Shown: piece by piece, positions 58,064-64,000 of the stretch
Numbering within the stretch: the first letter of the stretch is position 1
How the letters are laid out: each line of letters starts with the position of its first letter
NCBI GenBank assembly: GCA_013177935.1
Contig: JABLXZ010000004.1
Location: 340,059 to 404,058, forward strand
Origin: a candidate division WOR-3 bacterium
Lineage (GTDB): Bacteria; Hydrothermota; Tepidihabitantia; Tepidihabitantales; Tepidihabitantaceae
DNA: 64,000 bases
Reading direction: 5' to 3'
Notes under the pieces: model-generated
The model's database searches: none
What the model saw: the letters and a program-made list of their open reading frames with translations, nothing else
What the model was told of the DNA's origin: nothing
Translations under genes and position numbers: made by a program

Positions 58064-59773
58064 ATGCGGAAAGATACTGCGGTTACACCTCAACTCCTGA
58101 AGGAAGCAATCCAGGAGGTTGACTTCCTGCTGAAAAGAAGTGTTGTCCGTTATCCGGAATGCCTGCCCGCCCATCATCCTTCACGCCTGACCGCCTGGCG
58201 TGCCGGAGAAACCAATCGCCATTACGAACTTTATCAAACCGACCCAAACATCGTACCGCATCTTCTCAGCGCCGTAAAATTTGAAGAGTTAAACCCGCTG
58301 CAGCGGGAACTTGAACTCCACCGTTCCTATGCCGAAGCGCTGCTTGTTGCCGAGCAACTCCACGAGGTTGAAATCAGCGCTGAACAACGGGAGGAACTTG
58401 TCCAGCGCGCCCTGGGGATATTACCATCCTCCGAAGCCCGCCGTTTTGGCGAAATCCACTCCTGCCCCGCAGTTCAGCCCCGTCAGATTGCCGACTCTAC
58501 CGCAACACTTCTTCAGGCGCTCGACCTCATCGCTCAGGAACTGGGCGCGGCAACCGCTCTTGCCTACGGCATGTTTATCGTCGCTGGCCTGCGCGCCCGA
58601 GCCGAATTTGAGAAGTATGGACAGCGACTCGACACCCTTTTCCACCGCATTGTATCTGCCCCGGAAGTTCTCCAGATGCTTGATATGGTTACCCTCAATG
58701 GCCGCCGTGCCGGCTTTGAACCTCAGTTTAGACTCCTCCTCGCGGTTCGGGAACAACTCTGGAAACTGAAACCCAACCGCATCGCCCCAACCGGATTTCT
58801 TCTCACCAAAATCATCGACGCCTACCTGTCCAACCGCCCCAGTGTTGGTAACATCCTCGGCGTTACCATCCTTGACAGCATTATCATCGGAAAATTGGGC
58901 TTTGAAGTCCGCTACCTGTACGAATCCAATAAACTGTGCCTGGAAACGCTGATTGACACCCGCAGCGTTTACTGGGACCCGGCTGAACCGGCACCGCTCT
59001 CTTTTACACCCATCGTCAGCGGTAAACGGCTCCAGGTCTCCGACCTCATCGCCCTGATTTACGCCAGCCTCGCTAACGCCTACTTCACCCAGACCTACTG
59101 GGATAAGGCGATTGAGAACTACGAAAAGGTCCTCGAACTCATCCCCGATTCAACCGAAACCTACACCGACATCGCTGTCTGCTATCTGCGTAAAAACCTG
59201 CCCGACAAAGCGATTGTTGCGCTCCAGCAAGCGCTCAAACATACACCCAACTCACCGACCGTACACCACATCTTGGGCAACGCCTATGCAATGGCAAACC
59301 AGTGGCGTCAGGCAGTGGCTTCCTACAAAAAAGCGATTCACTTCAGCCCGAAATTTCCGGAAGCCTGGTACAATATGGGTCTTGCCTACGAAAAACTCGA
59401 GATGTTCGACCAGGCTGCCGCCGCCTTCCAGATGGCAACCGAACTGAAGCCCGACTACACCACCGCCTACCTTGCCCTGGGCAACCTGGCGCTGGAACGC
59501 TCCCAGCCCAAAGAGGCGCTGAAATACTACCGCGAGGTCTTAAAGCACGACCCCAACCATGTTGCCGCTTACTACAACCTCGGTCGTGCCTATTACGAAC
59601 TAAAAGACCTCGACAACGCCATTCAATCTTACCAGAAGGCGGTCAAACTGAATCCGAAGCACGCTGGTGCCTGGTACAATCTTGGCATCGCCTACCGGGA
59701 CAAAGGCCAAAAAGAAAAGGCGGTCCAGGCGTTGGAACAGGCAATCGCCTTAAACCCGAACCTGTTGAGGTAA
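58064..59773 (+). CDS. TPR protein with an N-terminal SirB1/transglutaminase-like region
   Basis: About 7 C-terminal TPRs. ATG 58064 chosen because TTGACC-N17-TATATT overlaps the longer start at 58019. Confidence 0.75.
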   Translation: MRKDTAVTPQLLKEAIQEVDFLLKRSVVRYPECLPAHHPSRLTAWRAGETNRHYELYQTDPNIVPHLLSAVKFEELNPLQRELELHRSYAEALLVAEQLHEVEISAEQREELVQRALGILPSSEARRFGEIHSCPAVQPRQIADSTATLLQALDLIAQELGAATALAYGMFIVAGLRARAEFEKYGQRLDTLFHRIVSAPEVLQMLDMVTLNGRRAGFEPQFRLLLAVREQLWKLKPNRIAPTGFLLTKIIDAYLSNRPSVGNILGVTILDSIIIGKLGFEVRYLYESNKLCLETLIDTRSVYWDPAEPAPLSFTPIVSGKRLQVSDLIALIYASLANAYFTQTYWDKAIENYEKVLELIPDSTETYTDIAVCYLRKNLPDKAIVALQQALKHTPNSPTVHHILGNAYAMANQWRQAVASYKKAIHFSPKFPEAWYNMGLAYEKLEMFDQAAAAFQMATELKPDYTTAYLALGNLALERSQPKEALKYYREVLKHDPNHVAAYYNLGRAYYELKDLDNAIQSYQKAVKLNPKHAGAWYNLGIAYRDKGQKEKAVQALEQAIALNPNLLR

Positions 59774-59776
59774 CCA

Positions 59777-60616
59777 ATGGGATTGACCGACTTGCCTTTA
59801 ATCCGCTCCCTAACCGAACTGTTTCGCCGGACATTTATCCGGGAAAAACCGTTCGTCTGGAACCCGGGCCGGATTGGACCGCGCTTTGACTGGCTTGACT
59901 ACAACCACATCCTGATTCGGGAAGGTCCCCTCAGTGGGAAACAGCTGGAACTCACCACCGAAATCCTGCCCAACAAAGCAAGTATTTATGCCGCCCTTGA
60001 TGGCCAGCAGATTGGCCGGGCATACATCGAACGCGACCCGCCCGGTCTTGGTGTCATTCTCTGGGACATCGCGGTGAAAGAGGGTTTTCGGCGCAAGGGG
60101 GTCGCCTCAATTATGACCTACTGCATCTTCCGGGAACTCCTTTCCATCCAGAAAACCGCCTTCTTCAAAATCCGGATGATGCGGCTGATGAAACCCGGGG
60201 AAAAGAACATTGAACTGCAGAATGTCGGCATCGGAGTTATCGGTAATCGACTGGGCTTTACCCCGGAGTTTAATCTTGACCGATTACTGCGACCCGACAA
60301 CATCGTTGGTCTGGAAGTCCTGCCGGCAAAAGGCGACTTTCCGCCCAGTTTCAAAATCGTCATCAAAACCTTTCCCCTTGTCTTAATCGCCTTTGTCCTC
60401 GACCCGGACACGATGAAACCGGTTGACGACTTCCGCACCTATGTCCAGCTCACGAAAGACGAATCCACCATCTACAACTGGGTGCGCCGCGGCCTGATTG
60501 TCATCGGCAACGGCAACTATTGGCTGCGCAACAACGGCCTCGACCAGTTCGTAAACCACCTCGCCACCGATGAGTGGGAAGCGCGGCAATTCCGCCGCAA
60601 AGTGCGCGGTGTATAG
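59777..60616 (+). CDS. GNAT-like acetyltransferase domain protein
   Basis: LWDIAVKEGFRRKGVAS (acetyl-CoA-binding motif A). Confidence 0.7.
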   Translation: MGLTDLPLIRSLTELFRRTFIREKPFVWNPGRIGPRFDWLDYNHILIREGPLSGKQLELTTEILPNKASIYAALDGQQIGRAYIERDPPGLGVILWDIAVKEGFRRKGVASIMTYCIFRELLSIQKTAFFKIRMMRLMKPGEKNIELQNVGIGVIGNRLGFTPEFNLDRLLRPDNIVGLEVLPAKGDFPPSFKIVIKTFPLVLIAFVLDPDTMKPVDDFRTYVQLTKDESTIYNWVRRGLIVIGNGNYWLRNNGLDQFVNHLATDEWEARQFRRKVRGV

Positions 60617-61278
60617 GAGGCACTATCCCAGAAAAACTGCGCCTCGACGCCCACCGCTCAATTGAGGTCAACATCAACCGGCTCAGCCCTCGTATCGGCT
60701 GTGGTTTGATGCTCGCAACACTTCCCCGCTTTGAATCGGTAGACGCCCTGAACAACATAATGAACAACTATGGTTACAACCGCATCCATGCCGACAAGCC
60801 GGCGCAAAAAACTCTGAGCAACTCTGCCCTGCTAAAGCAGTTCTACGACAACGCCTTTATCAACAAAACACCCCTCCAGCAAAACTTCCGTTCCACTTAT
60901 GGCCATCTTGAAATCTATCTTGCCTTTGACCCGGCGGCGAAAACCGCCTGGTTTATATCCGACCCGCAGAATAAAATTGCCCTTGTTAACTACTACCGGG
61001 ATGCGGTCTCCCTCGGACTTAAAGCCGATGGCATCCTCCTAATTGGTTCAACACCAAAACTTACACCCCTGGGCTGGCAGAATCTGCACGACCTGTTGAC
61101 ACCCGAATTCTTTCAGAAGTATGGGCCAATCGAACGGGTGGAGATAATGAGTTTACTGTCCGGTGCGCGCTTGCGCCCACCTTCACTGGGACTGGGAGTA
61201 ACACTCTTGAATCTGAAAGATTTGAAGGATATTCGAGCCGCGGTGGAAGCCGCAGCGCGGGGCGAAAATTCAATGTAA
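60574..61278 (+). CDS. hypothetical protein (start uncertain)
   Basis: Fills the gap between the GNAT gene and the next promoter; codon style matches neighbours. Confidence 0.6.
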   Translation: MGSAAIPPQSARCIGGTIPEKLRLDAHRSIEVNINRLSPRIGCGLMLATLPRFESVDALNNIMNNYGYNRIHADKPAQKTLSNSALLKQFYDNAFINKTPLQQNFRSTYGHLEIYLAFDPAAKTAWFISDPQNKIALVNYYRDAVSLGLKADGILLIGSTPKLTPLGWQNLHDLLTPEFFQKYGPIERVEIMSLLSGARLRPPSLGLGVTLLNLKDLKDIRAAVEAAARGENSM

Positions 61279-61325
61279 GAATGTCGGTCTTGACAGTCTG
61301 ACGGAAAAATGTAAAATAATTTATC

Positions 61326-62363
61326 ATGCTACCAAGAATTGGCAAACTTGATACCGAATCGTTTGAAAGGTTTATCTTCCCCTATCTCGGTGCCGAATCG
61401 TCCTGGGTTCTTCTTGGTCCCCGGCACGGAGTTGACGCTGCGGTTATCGCCCTGGATGATGCGCCGGCAGGAATGCGCCGCGTAATGGCGGTTGCCGAAG
61501 ACCCGACTTTCGGGATGCCGGTTCTCCTTTCCAATCTGGGCTGGGGCATCGTCCACATCTGTGCCAGCGATGTCGCTGTAATTGGGATTAAACCCCAGTT
61601 TCTTTCCATCTGCCTTCTTTTACCACCGGAAACCGAACCCGCGGTACTGGAGAACATCTGGCGCCAGGTGGACGAAGAGTGCAAAAAATTGGGAATCGCC
61701 ATCGTCGGTGGCCATACCGGTGTTTATCCTGGCATCGCCTATCCGTTGAATGGCGGCTGCACCGTCTGGGGATTTGGCGATGAGAGCGAACTCACCCCGG
61801 CTTCCGCAGCAAAACCGGGTGATGTTCTGGTCGTAACCAAAGGACCGGCGATTGAAGCCGCGGCAATCCTTGCCCTGCAAGCCGAAGCAGAGTTAAAGGG
61901 AAAACTCGGTACTGAAGTGGTTGAGCGCGCTAAGGAACTGTTTTATCAGATGACGGTGGTGCCGGATGCGCTGCTGTGCCGGGGTTATGCCCGGGCGATG
62001 CATGATGCCACTGAAGGCGGGCTCCTGGGCGGGGTCTATGAAATGGCAGAGGCAAGCGGTGCCGGGGTTACGGTCTACGAAGAAAAAATTGTTACTCTTG
62101 ATGAGGTCAAACAGGTGTGTGCCTATTTCGAGATTGACCCGCTGGTTGCAATCAGCGAAGGAACGCTGGTTGCCGCGGTGCCGCCGGAAAAAGTTAATGA
62201 GTTAAAGGCTGCCGCATCCCGGGCTGGACTGCCGTTGTATGAAATTGGCGAGTTCACAAAGAGTACCCGGCGTTTTGTCCGGCGCAATGGCAAAGAAGAG
62301 CCGCTTTTACCGGTAAAGGAAGACCCGTTCTGGCAGGCGTATTTTAAGGCGGTGATGAAATGA
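61326..62363 (+). CDS. AIR synthase-related protein (HypE/ThiL-like)
   Basis: G.DAAV, ASDVA, IVGGHT, AMHDATEGG..G...EMA, ISEGTL; promoter TTGACA-N16-TAAAAT-N8-ATG. Confidence 0.88.
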   Translation: MLPRIGKLDTESFERFIFPYLGAESSWVLLGPRHGVDAAVIALDDAPAGMRRVMAVAEDPTFGMPVLLSNLGWGIVHICASDVAVIGIKPQFLSICLLLPPETEPAVLENIWRQVDEECKKLGIAIVGGHTGVYPGIAYPLNGGCTVWGFGDESELTPASAAKPGDVLVVTKGPAIEAAAILALQAEAELKGKLGTEVVERAKELFYQMTVVPDALLCRGYARAMHDATEGGLLGGVYEMAEASGAGVTVYEEKIVTLDEVKQVCAYFEIDPLVAISEGTLVAAVPPEKVNELKAAASRAGLPLYEIGEFTKSTRRFVRRNGKEEPLLPVKEDPFWQAYFKAVMK

Positions 62364-62950
62364 GTGACCGCCCAAAAGAGGTTGTCGAACGGCTTGGCGC
62401 CGCAGTTGCGCTCCTCGAATTCTGCCCCGAATTTGCCCTCCTGATTCCTGAGGTCCGCACCAACATCGTCTTCTGCCCGGCTGATGCTCGAACCCCGGCT
62501 GATGTCCTTGCGGTTGATGGGAGAATTACCGTAGTCAATGGTAAACCCAAAGCCAGTGGTCCACTCCGTTTTGGCGCCTCAGACCATCTTGCCCGGCTCG
62601 TTCTTCAGTTACGCCACCATCAGCCCGCAATCCGTACCGCCCTCAACTTTCGCTGGAATGAACAGATACTCAGTTTTGTCTCGTCCTGGGCAGAGCGGCG
62701 TGGAAAAAGACTCGGCGTGATTGACCGAACAAAAGAGCCGGCAACGGTAATTGGTCAGGACCGGATGTCAATACCCTGGAAGGTGAAAGAACTGGTCGCC
62801 GGCACCGGTGGCACTGTACCCGAGATTTTTTACGAAACCCGGGGCTGGGGAAAGGAACCGCTGTTTGTTATCGTCGGCACCGACCCGGTCGAAATTGTCC
62901 AGGAGGTCACCGCCCTTGCCCGGGAGTATGCACAAATCAATCAGCAATAG
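62360..62950 (+). CDS. thiN: ThiN-family (archaeal-type) thiamine-phosphate synthase domain protein
   Basis: LIPEVRTN, DV.AV.GRI, FGAS.H.AR, GWGKEP. Confidence 0.8.
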   Translation: MSDRPKEVVERLGAAVALLEFCPEFALLIPEVRTNIVFCPADARTPADVLAVDGRITVVNGKPKASGPLRFGASDHLARLVLQLRHHQPAIRTALNFRWNEQILSFVSSWAERRGKRLGVIDRTKEPATVIGQDRMSIPWKVKELVAGTGGTVPEIFYETRGWGKEPLFVIVGTDPVEIVQEVTALAREYAQINQQ

Positions 62951-64000
62951 GACCATTTACCGGCACATTGCGCTGTGCTCCCAAATTCGGGCAGTTTGCC
63001 CCATCCTGCTCCTTATTGTCCTGTGTCCGATTGCGTTCGCCGCCTCTTTCCTGCCCGTGGACAGTGTTAAACCCGGGATGCAAGGATTTGGACTTTCGGT
63101 TTTCTCCGGTACAAAGATTGACACCTTTAAGGTAGAGGTGCTCGATGTGATGCGCAAGATTTCCCCGCGCGGTGACCTTGTTCTCTGCCGGCTTTCGGGT
63201 GCTGGGCTGGAAAATTCCGGTGTCATCGCCGGAATGTCCGGAAGTCCGGTTTATATCAATGGTAAACTCCTGGGTGCGGTCGCCTATGCCTGGTCCTGGG
63301 CAAAAGAACCGATTGCCGGCGTCACGCCGATTCACGAGATGCTTGACATCTGGAAGGCGCAACCCGGCGCGCGCCCGCGCTCCGGCGCATCGCGCTCCAA
63401 TTTACCCCATCTGCCTATCCCGGTTGCCATCTCCGGTCTCAACCCTGAACTGGAACAACTCCTCACCCCATCCCTGACCGCCCTGGGAATGAAACCGGTT
63501 GCCGGCGCCAGCGGCACCAGCACAACCGACACCTCAGCCTTTGTGCCGGGCGGCGTAATTGGCGTCTCCTTGATTGATGGCGATGTGCGCGCCGCCGCGG
63601 TGGGCACGATTACCTATCGGGAAGGGAACCAGATTCTTGCTTTTGGCCACCCGTTCTTTCTGGGCGGTGATGTCCAGCTGCCAATGACCGGTGGCGTCAT
63701 TCATTCGGTTCTCGCCTCTTTCGCCACCTCGTTCAAACTCTTTTCTCCCGGCACTCCAATCGGTACCATTACTCAGGACCGAGCACCCGGTATCGCCGGT
63801 ACAATGGGAACGCCTGCCCCGATGCTACCGGTCCGGGTCATCGTCAACTCACCGAAAATTCGGGACACCTACAACTTTCGCGTCGCCCTCCATGAACAAC
63901 TCACCCCGGAATTTCTGCCTATCGGGATTGCCGAAGCGGTGTTACAGACCGAAGGTATGCTCGAAGAGTTGACATTAAACAGTAATCTCAAATTACACTT
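62928..64000 (+). CDS. SpoIVB peptidase S55 domain protein (runs off the window; start uncertain)
   Basis: Manual translation: VKPGMQGFGLSVFSG...GVIAGMSGSPVYINGKLLGAVAY...GVTPI...AFGHPF. Confidence 0.88.
   Translation, partial: MHKSISNRTIYRHIALCSQIRAVCPILLLIVLCPIAFAASFLPVDSVKPGMQGFGLSVFSGTKIDTFKVEVLDVMRKISPRGDLVLCRLSGAGLENSGVIAGMSGSPVYINGKLLGAVAYAWSWAKEPIAGVTPIHEMLDIWKAQPGARPRSGASRSNLPHLPIPVAISGLNPELEQLLTPSLTALGMKPVAGASGTSTTDTSAFVPGGVIGVSLIDGDVRAAAVGTITYREGNQILAFGHPFFLGGDVQLPMTGGVIHSVLASFATSFKLFSPGTPIGTITQDRAPGIAGTMGTPAPMLPVRVIVNSPKIRDTYNFRVALHEQLTPEFLPIGIAEAVLQTEGMLEELTLNSNLKLH

Noticed and set aside
62937..63972. Short ORFs listed at the window end
   Set aside because: Explained by the open S55 peptidase frame starting near 62928.

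Overview
Bacterial chromosomal window (standard genetic code, + strand mostly C-rich). Several secreted proteins carry T9SS-like C-terminal sorting tails, which suggests an FCB-adjacent lineage such as candidate division WOR-3 (inference only). Most of the window is housekeeping: gyrB (partial), rpmB, gltX-glnS, three tRNAs, TetR-TolC-MFP-RND efflux, tldD-pmbA, dtd-yicC-gmk-rpoZ-coaBC-dnaB-radA, M24 peptidase-efp and a thiamine-related pair. Three accessory loci stand out. (1) Beside tRNA-Leu, an NLR-like gene (unknown N-terminal domain, STAND-like P-loop NTPase, 24 near-identical 102-bp TPR units that look combinatorially shuffled) lies next to a paralogous TPR-only gene with 20 more diverse units. 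(2) A four-gene operon encodes a hypothetical protein, two DUF2791/BrxD-like ATPases and an Lhr-like helicase, resembling Shango or the BREX BrxD-BrxHI module but with a different composition. (3) Beside two tRNA-Ser genes, a lower-GC secreted-protein pair has its first gene frameshifted by a C10 tract inside the signal peptide. Other observations: an apparently catalytically dead AccC, EF-P with Gln at the modification site, a Cys-less secreted DJ-1 protein, many apparently leaderless promoters and several small repeat families. All domain calls come from motifs recognised by eye; no searches were run.
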